Shown here: piece after piece, positions 56,617 through 64,000 of the stretch
Numbering within the stretch: the stretch's first letter is position 1
Layout of the letters: each line of letters starts with the position of its first letter
Virus record (IMG/VR): IMGVR_UViG_3300021085_002857
Span: 1 to 64,000 of that record
Length of the DNA stretch: 64,000 nt
Strand: one strand, 5' to 3'
Source of the DNA: a virus
Lineage: Duplodnaviria > Caudoviricetes
Translations under genes and position numbers: made by a program
The notes under the pieces: model-generated
Seen by the model: only the letters and a program-made list of their open reading frames with translations
Told to the model about the DNA's origin: nothing
Databases searched by the model: none

Positions 56617-57318
56617 CTATTTGGGTGCAAACTGTTGCTGTAATTTAATATTATCCATAAACTCTATTTTACAATGCGGATCATTATGGAAGCTACCTTT
56701 AAGTACAGTAGTCTGTGTTAAACTACTATGCGCTCTTATACCGCGGTTTTCACAGCAACCATGTGTTGCTTGAATATAAACACCAACATCTTGTGACCCT
56801 GTTGCAGACATTATTTGACGTGATATCTCCATAGCAAGTTCTTCTTGTAAGGTACCACGCATTGCACACCATTGAGCAATACGAGTATACTTGCTTAATC
56901 CAATAAGTTTATCTGCGGCAATAATGCCAATGTATGCTACACCACTAACTGGTTGATGATGATGTGAACACATGCTTGTTAATTCACTACGCACAACTAA
57001 CATGCCTTCATACTTTTCATTAGTAATATTATCTGGCTCATTTGGAAATGCTGTTGCAGCAGGCGCAGGATCGTAGCGGCCGCTCATAATTTCATTAAAA
57101 TACATTTTAGCTAGGCGGCGGCCTGTGTCCATACTATTTGGATCATTTTCTCTATCAATAAGTAATGTATCTAGCACTTGTTCAAAAGCTACTGTGGCTT
57201 CATCAATTAATGCTTCTTTATCGCCTGGTTGCAATACTGAAGAAATATTATCTCCTGCCCAGAATCTTGCGCCTGTATCTTTTAGGCGTGCTCGAATATT
57301 TTCGGAAGTCTTTTTCAT
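56617..57318 (-). CDS. folE: GTP cyclohydrolase I
   Basis: SMCSHH, IGLSK, LQE, HGCxxxRG. Confidence 0.93.
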   Translation of the reverse strand: MKKTSENIRARLKDTGARFWAGDNISSVLQPGDKEALIDEATVAFEQVLDTLLIDRENDPNSMDTGRRLAKMYFNEIMSGRYDPAPAATAFPNEPDNITNEKYEGMLVVRSELTSMCSHHHQPVSGVAYIGIIAADKLIGLSKYTRIAQWCAMRGTLQEELAMEISRQIMSATGSQDVGVYIQATHGCCENRGIRAHSSLTQTTVLKGSFHNDPHCKIEFMDNIKLQQQFAPK

Positions 57319-57339
57319 TTATACTATGTTCCTCTTTTT

Positions 57340-58404
57340 TTATAGTTCTAGTATTCTGTCTATCATGACAGAACTATTTAGATAATTGTTCATTAAAATT
57401 TGTTGCTGTTTGGCAACTAATGGTAACAAACTTTCATAATTGTTTAGTTTATCTTGGATAAACGACTCTAAATCTTTTCTATGGAAATTAAATAATTCCT
57501 CATTTTCTGTCCATTGTGTAGGGTATTTAAATTCAGGTAAATACATTTCTTTATAACTACATCTATCAGGGACAATTGGAATAGCACCTGTAAGCACTGC
57601 TTCCATTACACTTATTCCTAAATTTTCATGCAAAGCGCAACTAAAGACAATTTTACTTGTTGCCATTTTATCATAATATGCATCTTTATCTAAATTCATT
57701 TTTTGTGTAATGCACATGTCAAATTTATCACCCAATGCTTCAGCAATAAACGGTTGCTTATCATCATTATAACGATGCGGCCACATAACTGTATTAGTTT
57801 TAGGTGTACTTTGCCTTAGCATTAGAGGCTCGATAATAAGCTCATGTGGCTGTCCACTCCTAATTGCACGATCCTGATATTTTTCTGGAATGTCTAAATT
57901 TTTAACAAACATATCCTTGTGACTATCAGTTGCAAAATAGTTATAATCACTTGACATAAACCACGCTTGCTCTTGTAGCCAAGGCCATGGTTTACTCATT
58001 GTATATCCAAGTATGTCACTAGGATCATATGCACCCGCATGCCAAATACTATGTATTTCTACATTAATACCTAATAGCTCGCTCATATACTTGATTGGAG
58101 TAATAATAAAATTCCAAGCATCTGTAATTAAAAACTTATCGCCATCTTTAATAATACCATTACTAAACATACGACTTACTTCTGCCGCTTGTGTAGATTT
58201 ATATACATTTGTTGCACCAAAGTCTAAAAACGCACCTTCAGTACGTTGTTCAGGAGAAAAGTCTTCTCCATCAATAGTAACAATATTATATGCTAAACTT
58301 TCTACCCTAACCCGCTTTTCAATAATTTTAGGAATATTGTCATACCATTGTTTGGTGTATCTCTGATCGATAGGTTCGATTGGTATAATATAAATTGTAT
58401 TCAT
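57340..58404 (-). CDS. GT-B (GT4-like) glycosyltransferase
   Basis: WPHR..DK, ENLGISVME (E-x7-E) nucleotide-sugar motif. Confidence 0.75.
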   Translation of the reverse strand: MNTIYIIPIEPIDQRYTKQWYDNIPKIIEKRVRVESLAYNIVTIDGEDFSPEQRTEGAFLDFGATNVYKSTQAAEVSRMFSNGIIKDGDKFLITDAWNFIITPIKYMSELLGINVEIHSIWHAGAYDPSDILGYTMSKPWPWLQEQAWFMSSDYNYFATDSHKDMFVKNLDIPEKYQDRAIRSGQPHELIIEPLMLRQSTPKTNTVMWPHRYNDDKQPFIAEALGDKFDMCITQKMNLDKDAYYDKMATSKIVFSCALHENLGISVMEAVLTGAIPIVPDRCSYKEMYLPEFKYPTQWTENEELFNFHRKDLESFIQDKLNNYESLLPLVAKQQQILMNNYLNSSVMIDRILEL

Positions 58405-59390
58405 TCACTTGCCTTTGTTATCATTTTAATATTTTGTTCCAATTTAGCATTAAACTCGTTATCTGTCAATGAATAATCCAATCCTTCGCTTAATGCTCTC
58501 GAAAAACTAGCAGTTACATCTGCATTCGCACTCAGTCTGCGGCATGCTTCCATAGTAGGATATCCACCACTTAGGAATACAACTTTTTCTACATTAGGAA
58601 ACGCTGTAAGGTTATGATATAAGTTGGGTACTTCTGGCGGTGTTAGTTTAAGAATGCATTTACCTGGAAACTCATCCAGAAACTCTTGTAAGTGATACAT
58701 AAGAGCTGATTCAACTTTAGCTTTAATAGGATTGTCGATAGGTATTTCAGGCTCAATGATTGGTACAAGACCGTAGTCACAAATAGTACGAGCAAGTGTA
58801 AACTGTTGTTTGAGTACAGGATGTACCATGCCTACACCTTTAACAATGCTACGCATCTTTGTACCATAAATCTTAGGACCAATACCGTTTGTAGCAAACT
58901 CTAACATCTGCTTTACTGGAAACTGTTTGAGTGTTCCATCTTCGTCACATCCACTGTCAATCTTTAGGAATGTATCAATACCTTTTTCATCCAACACATT
59001 AACCATACCACGTGTAACTGTGTCTTGGTAGAGGATCGCCGCCCAAATATTTTCATCGCTAAAAGCTGGTGCGTTTACCATACGCATACGCATTTCATGC
59101 ACACGATCCATTTTATTATCTTCTGTATACTCACGCCCGTAGCGTTCTAGTACGCCGCCTGTTGAACCACCGCTGTGATCCATTGCTGCTATAAATCTAC
59201 AATCCATTTTTTGTCTCCATGCTTCTTCAAAACCTTCTTCATAATCAGATAATGGTGCTCCATTACTACCAGCAATCCATAACCTTTTAAAATAACTATC
59301 TACTGATGATAATACTGTAGCATCTGTAGTTCTGATATGTCCTTTGACCAGCCAAAACAACCTGTATGCTTCTTTTTTAGATACATCCAC
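58401..59390 (-). CDS. class I fructose-bisphosphate aldolase with a 61-aa N-terminal extension
   Basis: FIAAMDHSGGST, FLKIDxG, GTKMRS, VPIIEPE, LSGGY, ASFSRAL; internal ATG 59207 with GGAGA RBS. Confidence 0.88.
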   Translation of the reverse strand: MDVSKKEAYRLFWLVKGHIRTTDATVLSSVDSYFKRLWIAGSNGAPLSDYEEGFEEAWRQKMDCRFIAAMDHSGGSTGGVLERYGREYTEDNKMDRVHEMRMRMVNAPAFSDENIWAAILYQDTVTRGMVNVLDEKGIDTFLKIDSGCDEDGTLKQFPVKQMLEFATNGIGPKIYGTKMRSIVKGVGMVHPVLKQQFTLARTICDYGLVPIIEPEIPIDNPIKAKVESALMYHLQEFLDEFPGKCILKLTPPEVPNLYHNLTAFPNVEKVVFLSGGYPTMEACRRLSANADVTASFSRALSEGLDYSLTDNEFNAKLEQNIKMITKASE

Positions 59391-59408
59391 GGGCTGTCCT
59401 TTTCATTT

Positions 59409-59570
59409 CTAGTCACCCAAACCTAAACAAGGAATAAGAATAGATTGTTTACAGTTGTCTGGATAAGCAATTGCTGACCCAAGGATGGGCATACCTACCA
59501 TCCCAATAATAATAATTAAAAAAGCCCATCCTAGACCTTTTGTTGTACAATAGTTTGTTTGTTCACTCAT
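59409..59570 (-). CDS. small membrane protein
   Basis: 53 aa from MSEQTNY, AGGAG RBS, one TM helix. Confidence 0.65.
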   Translation of the reverse strand: MSEQTNYCTTKGLGWAFLIIIIGMVGMPILGSAIAYPDNCKQSILIPCLGLGD

Positions 59571-59901
59571 ATGACTCTCCTGTATCTCTAAAGAAGTTTT
59601 CACTCCAAAATGCTTTGTCGTCAATCCAAATATCGTAGTTCTCTTTTTGACCTACACTTAGTTCATGATATTTGCAACCCCAACTGTCTAGCTGATCCTG
59701 TGTTAATCCGCCATAATCGATACCACTTACGCAACCACGAGCAGTCATATATTTGATTGTGTGTCCTGCATCGTACAATGCATTTACTTTTGCAATCCTA
59801 TCGTACATAGGAATATGATTAGCATAATCTTTTTTGCCACCACTGTCAGGTATAATTACTTCTTTACAGATAGTGCCGTCGATATCAATTACATATTTCA
59901 T
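59563..59901 (-). CDS. small HAD-family phosphatase (capsule-locus type)
   Basis: DIDGT, TARG, IDDK. Confidence 0.8.
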   Translation of the reverse strand: MKYVIDIDGTICKEVIIPDSGGKKDYANHIPMYDRIAKVNALYDAGHTIKYMTARGCVSGIDYGGLTQDQLDSWGCKYHELSVGQKENYDIWIDDKAFWSENFFRDTGESYE

Positions 59902-60164
59902 TTGTCTTTCCTTTTTTTATTCCATTTATACAGTCCGTATATACTGATAGCCGCCCAAAATATTTCAAGGGTAATATTGGCTAGTACTGGTTTAAAATAT
60001 AGATTTACAAATAACAATAATGCTACCATTAGGTTTGCAAAACTATAAAAGAAACCTTTAGCATCAATTTTATCTGCTTGTAATAGCAAATAGGTTGATA
60101 CTAAGAGTAATACTCCCATATTTCCAAATATGTCGCTCCAGTGTAATGCATAATAATCAGTCAT
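59898..60164 (-). CDS. small membrane protein (3 TM)
   Basis: 88 aa, hydrophobic. Confidence 0.7.
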   Translation of the reverse strand: MTDYYALHWSDIFGNMGVLLLVSTYLLLQADKIDAKGFFYSFANLMVALLLFVNLYFKPVLANITLEIFWAAISIYGLYKWNKKRKDK

Positions 60165-60925
60165 TAGTCTCTCCTTTCAATATCGTCCTCAGACAGTTTC
60201 TCACCCATCCAGACTTCAATTACTTTGGCAGTCCTACTTCCTACATTATATGCTTTGTGCCATGTTAGTACTGGAATGTCAATACTTTCACCTGGACCAT
60301 ATCTTTTGCTTTCCTTATCGCCATTAGGAAATTCTAAATCCATACGGATTGTTCCTTCAATGACATGCCAGTGTTCACTACGAATAAAGTGTCGCTGATC
60401 ACTAAGTGGTGTATCCGTGCCAAATGCTAACTCTTTAACAGCCCAACCTGGACCATTATGTAATACTGTATAACTTCCCCAAGCACGTTGTGTTGTAGGT
60501 TGGCTCCACTCTTTAAGTATCCAACTGCTACTATTCTTTTTATCATTTCCCCCAACACCAAACTCAAACGTTAGGCGTGGATCTTGTACTGACATTTCTG
60601 GAATATTATCTTTTCCACGATCACCACCATTTGCAAATAAAACTGGATTACCTTTCCATTCTGCTAGTGTATCAGTAAGTGCCGCGCATGCTGTGTTATC
60701 GCTATCGTCAAATTCAATGACTTGGTCTACGACTGCCAATTCTTTAATAATTGACATGCGTTCTTTCCAAGGCATAAATGGTTGTCCTTTTTTGCGTGTT
60801 AGCCAATCATCACTATTAAGTGCGACAACCAAGACGTCTCCCAACGCCTTGGCTGCTTTAAACATGGCAATATGACCGCTGTGGACTGGATCAAATCCTC
60901 CACTAACTACCACTACCCTTTTCAT
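60164..60925 (-). CDS. cytidylyl/adenylyltransferase (RfaE/TagD-like) fused to a mannose-6-P-isomerase-type cupin
   Basis: SGGFDPVHSGH, LNSD, NGGDR, SSS; RxWG, QxHxxRSEHW, IPxxxxH. Confidence 0.88.
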   Translation of the reverse strand: MKRVVVVSGGFDPVHSGHIAMFKAAKALGDVLVVALNSDDWLTRKKGQPFMPWKERMSIIKELAVVDQVIEFDDSDNTACAALTDTLAEWKGNPVLFANGGDRGKDNIPEMSVQDPRLTFEFGVGGNDKKNSSSWILKEWSQPTTQRAWGSYTVLHNGPGWAVKELAFGTDTPLSDQRHFIRSEHWHVIEGTIRMDLEFPNGDKESKRYGPGESIDIPVLTWHKAYNVGSRTAKVIEVWMGEKLSEDDIERRD

Positions 60926-61248
60926 TAGGCTGCCTTCGATGTATATAAAAGGCGTCCTACATGAATTTTAAGTTTTTTAGGACTACGATCCTTGTGAATA
61001 CGTATTTCTAAATCATATGTAATTGCGTTATCCTTTTCAGTATCACGAATTACAAATTCACGGATCTTGTATGCTTTACGAAGATCACCTAGAAAAGATT
61101 CAAACAAAGAACGTACTTTATCTGTATCCTTGCGATTATACATATACCCATCATGTGGTGCAATAATTTTAAGTAAATCATACTTAATATCTTGCAAAGT
61201 ATATATACCTCCAATATTAAATTGGTTAGGATTTTTTGTATTAGACAT
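60925..61248 (-). CDS. hypothetical protein
   Basis: Start MSNTK with AAGGA RBS. Confidence 0.7.
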   Translation of the reverse strand: MSNTKNPNQFNIGGIYTLQDIKYDLLKIIAPHDGYMYNRKDTDKVRSLFESFLGDLRKAYKIREFVIRDTEKDNAITYDLEIRIHKDRSPKKLKIHVGRLLYTSKAA

Positions 61249-61258
61249 TATTTTTCCT

Positions 61259-61648
61259 TTATGTTGCATTAAATGTCATTGTTGCTCCGTTTTCATTATC
61301 TTCAGCTACGCTGATTGTAATGTTACGGCCCGGATATTTTTGATTGATAGATTCTGCTAATTCCTCAGCAATCATCTCACAACTACGATGATTCAACTCC
61401 AGCGTTCCTACTGAATACAGTGATTCTAGCCACCGCTTGAATTGGATAAATTCAATATCTCTGTCATTGTGTTGTACATCAATCGCTACACGAAAATGGA
61501 AAATATGACGATGTGCGTATCCTAAAAAAGATACATCGTCCCACTTTCCTGTAGCAAGAGCTGGGTCATCAATAGCGGCAGGATACAAGTGTATCCCTTC
61601 ACGTTGGAATGTAACCCAAATCTGTCTCGTGTTGACTTTCAAAGCCAT
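61259..61648 (-). CDS. T-fold QueD paralog with LxxxHRHxF motif (DpdL-type)
   Basis: EGIH, LGYAHRHIF in place of QueD CxxxHGH, RDIEF, SCEMIA, EDNENG. Confidence 0.7.
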   Translation of the reverse strand: MALKVNTRQIWVTFQREGIHLYPAAIDDPALATGKWDDVSFLGYAHRHIFHFRVAIDVQHNDRDIEFIQFKRWLESLYSVGTLELNHRSCEMIAEELAESINQKYPGRNITISVAEDNENGATMTFNAT

Positions 61649-61649
61649 T

Positions 61650-61841
61650 TTACTTTCCTTCAGTTTGTGTACGAAGGATCTTTAGGATTTCCCAAAGTTT
61701 CCAGTCAATTGCCTCAGCATATTTCATAAGCTGGGCCGCTTGCTCAGGAGAGAATACTTCTCCTGATACTGGTACTGATGGATCGATTGCTGCATTTTCT
61801 TCTACAGGTTCGCCATCTACAAGTCTAATCTTCTTTGCCAT
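61650..61841 (-). CDS. small hypothetical protein
   Basis: 63 aa, AGGAG RBS. Confidence 0.7.
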   Translation of the reverse strand: MAKKIRLVDGEPVEENAAIDPSVPVSGEVFSPEQAAQLMKYAEAIDWKLWEILKILRTQTEGK

Positions 61842-61867
61842 TATTGTCTCCTATCATGGTTATATTT

Positions 61868-61896
61868 AAAATAACAGAAAAATTTATTTCTGTCAA
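61868..61896 (-). promoter_or_regulatory. sigma70-type promoter with internal inverted repeat
   Basis: TTGACA-N17-TATTTT; ACAGAAA-N6-TTTCTGT at 61874-61893. Confidence 0.55.
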
Positions 61897-63398
61897 GCAC
61901 TTAATGTTTCCAGGAATTCGCTTGCTTCTTCCTGCTCTTCTTCACTATACTCTCCACTAACTGTAGCTTTTTGTTCTTCAACATCGAAAAGATTACTAAA
62001 ACTATTGTTAGTATTGGTTAGTGTTTTTTGCCCATTAAAATTAGCAAGCATTGGCGCAGCCTCATCAAGCATTGTCATAGGCGTTTCACTTTTAAATAGT
62101 TCTTCAATAAAGTTAACCATATAAAGTGTATTACGTGGTACCCATGCATCAAACTGTTGGTCACGGTTACCATTTTTAACTTTTCTCCAAGTCTTGTGGC
62201 TTGTATCAAATCTTGTTTTTGCTGTGTCAACAAGTACGTTTGCACGTTGGACACTTTCAATATGCTGATATACATTATGTGCCATTAGCAAGAAGTAGGA
62301 TAAACTATCCCAACTTGTTTTACCTTCTTTGCCAATCTTGTTAAGCATGCCTGGAGCATACCAACAGACATCACCCATTGTAAGTCTGTCACCTACAGGA
62401 CTACCCCAAGGAAAAGGAATATTACTATTTGCTAGTTTTTTATCATCTACTGCACTTTCCATTACATAACCAAACTTATCATTTTGATGTCTGTGTTGTG
62501 TGTAGATTTGACCTTTAGCAGTTGCAATAAAAGGAGATGCACAATCAAACATTACTTCTATATCACTGTTTACTGTTTCACGTAAACTACGTTTAATTTG
62601 TGTATATGCCGCTGCCCATTCTAGTTTACTAATACCTAGATAATGTAATAGGTCACGCTTACCTTTTTCAAGCTGTTTATCGTCACGCATTTTTAATAGT
62701 GTACGTAAAATGATATTAATATCATTCTTAGCACTACCACCAAATGCAAATCCTTCGAGATCATGATGTTTCATTTTCTCATACCAGTGTTCTGCTTCGG
62801 CCCAATTACGACCCTGCATAACATTAAGATACTTTGTTTGATACTTACGATTTTTCTTAAACCAATTTACATTAAAATCTGTATAGTCTAAGCACTCATT
62901 GAAGCTACTAATTCCTGTTCGTTCACGGAATGTAGGTTCTGCAGCTAGTGTAGGAATATCTAAAATCATACTATAGTCTGATGTATGTTCTAACCAGTTT
63001 AGAATAGTATGCCTCAAACTATCATCAGTTTTAAAGTTTGGCCAGTCACATTGGATAACACCTTTAATAATCTGGAACCCACCTGAGTCACCAAGTATAA
63101 AAGTATTTTTTCTGTCACGTGCTTGCACCATATTATCATGTGCATTAGCTTTAGAAAGATCTAGTTGGGCATGTCCTGCTGAATATAACCCCCACTTATA
63201 ATTGTAATAAGCATCAGGTTTTAAAAAGTCACATCCGTCAATACCATTCTCAAACGCATCAGGTATACGTTCATCAGGAAAGAAATCTGATCCTAGTTCT
63301 CTATACTTACTAATAGTACGATCATAAAAACTACTAATACTTGGCAAAAATACACTGTAGTCTTTATTACTGTCAGTTAGATTAACTTTGTTAGCCAT
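61893..63398 (-). CDS. TGT-fold guanine transglycosylase, DpdA-like
   Basis: DSGGFQ, MILDIP, VMQG, FGG, HYLG, MFDCASP, HN motifs; no CxCxxC zinc site. Confidence 0.8.
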   Translation of the reverse strand: MANKVNLTDSNKDYSVFLPSISSFYDRTISKYRELGSDFFPDERIPDAFENGIDGCDFLKPDAYYNYKWGLYSAGHAQLDLSKANAHDNMVQARDRKNTFILGDSGGFQIIKGVIQCDWPNFKTDDSLRHTILNWLEHTSDYSMILDIPTLAAEPTFRERTGISSFNECLDYTDFNVNWFKKNRKYQTKYLNVMQGRNWAEAEHWYEKMKHHDLEGFAFGGSAKNDINIILRTLLKMRDDKQLEKGKRDLLHYLGISKLEWAAAYTQIKRSLRETVNSDIEVMFDCASPFIATAKGQIYTQHRHQNDKFGYVMESAVDDKKLANSNIPFPWGSPVGDRLTMGDVCWYAPGMLNKIGKEGKTSWDSLSYFLLMAHNVYQHIESVQRANVLVDTAKTRFDTSHKTWRKVKNGNRDQQFDAWVPRNTLYMVNFIEELFKSETPMTMLDEAAPMLANFNGQKTLTNTNNSFSNLFDVEEQKATVSGEYSEEEQEEASEFLETLSA

Positions 63399-63403
63399 TT
63401 ATA

Positions 63404-64000
63404 TTATACCGTTAATGCTGGAAGAATATAGTTATATTGTCCAATACCACTATCTACACTAATTTGTAGTGCGCCTCGTTTACTAATTTGCATTACGCAT
63501 GCTCCGCTCATTCCTAGTTTTAGGATTGATAGTACTTGTGCCAATGGCCATGCATAGCCTTCATTAAGTTCCCCATCTACATTTTGTGCAAATGTACGCT
63601 TACCTGTAAAGCTACCATCAGCGGCACCCACAGTAACAATCAAGTTACCATTTTCAGTCTTTACAGTAAAGTTAGGTTCAATGCCACCATAGATACCAGC
63701 AACTTGTGTAAGTTCACTTACTTTTGCTTTTGTTGGTTCAAATGTAACATCCCATTCAACACCTTTAAACTTAACAGTTTGTAGTGTTTGTTCAACAATC
63801 TCTTTGCTCATAAAACGATACTGGTCAGTATTACCTTCAACGTCTTTAAATAAGATTGCATCTGGAATTGTTTGTCCGTTACGTTCACGACTTACAATTT
63901 CAATAGACGCATCTTCAGCTTGGTAACTTGTTAGCCCAGTAATACCATTTAGGAAACCAAGGTTACCCAAACCAAACTCACCAAAAAATTCTGGTACATT
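63404..64000 (-). CDS. putative DNA polymerase sliding-clamp-like protein (N-terminus outside window)
   Basis: Frame open to the window end; beta-rich, ends YNYILPA; clamp call is tentative. Confidence 0.45.
   Translation of the reverse strand, partial: NVPEFFGEFGLGNLGFLNGITGLTSYQAEDASIEIVSRERNGQTIPDAILFKDVEGNTDQYRFMSKEIVEQTLQTVKFKGVEWDVTFEPTKAKVSELTQVAGIYGGIEPNFTVKTENGNLIVTVGAADGSFTGKRTFAQNVDGELNEGYAWPLAQVLSILKLGMSGACVMQISKRGALQISVDSGIGQYNYILPALTV

Noticed and set aside
61893-63398. Canonical bacterial tRNA-guanine transglycosylase (tgt)
   Set aside because: It is longer and divergent, lacks the CxCxxC zinc motif, and sits with replication and deazaguanine genes, so a DpdA-like role is preferred; the subfamily is not assigned.
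1-64000. Stop-codon reassignment as seen in some jumbo phages
   Set aside because: Known genes (thyA, metK, tdk, folE) are full length in the standard code, and TAA, TAG and TGA all end genes with tight overlaps.
1-64000. CRISPR array, tRNAs, introns/inteins, transposases
   Set aside because: No regularly spaced repeats, no cloverleaf-sized gaps with T-loop motifs, and thyA and the other typical insertion targets are uninterrupted.

Overview
AT-rich, gene-dense 64-kb segment that looks like a large lytic dsDNA (jumbo, T4-like transcription logic) phage. The host is probably a marine alphaproteobacterium; this is an inference from the pseudoazurin and MetK sequences. The standard genetic code fits, and no tRNA, rRNA, CRISPR or mobile element was seen. 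Layout: (i) 1-7 kb holds small genes plus a (p)ppGpp hydrolase-like HD protein, a metallophosphoesterase, AcpS, a PMM-like HAD, DHFR and ThyA. (ii) 7-38 kb is an unusual biosynthetic island with 16 radical-SAM genes in three architectures (10 N-terminal-twitch, 5 'GD-x2-MHP' type of which 2 are split into core + free twitch gene, 1 other). These are interleaved with a methyltransferase, four Fe(II)/cupin-type oxygenases (one Kdo-hydroxylase-like), a PLP aminotransferase, an amidinotransferase, a sulfotransferase-like protein, HtrA, MTA/SAH nucleosidase and pseudoazurin; several operons start at T4-type late-promoter-like TAAATA sites. (iii) 38-56 kb holds vWA/MoxR, Smr, a WYL_2-CDGSH fusion, a 5'-3' exonuclease, MetK, SufE, a DNA methyltransferase, a double-hotdog protein, QueE, MazG-like, thymidine kinase and a large secreted subtilase. 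(iv) 56-64 kb is a 7-deazaguanine DNA-modification module (PRT, FolE, glycosyltransferase, DpdL-type QueD paralog, TGT/DpdA-like) beside a clamp-like gene. A conserved early-promoter cassette (TTGACA-N17-TAxxGT-N6-GTAAGTTA) occurs four times. All family calls come from motif reading by eye, not from database searches.
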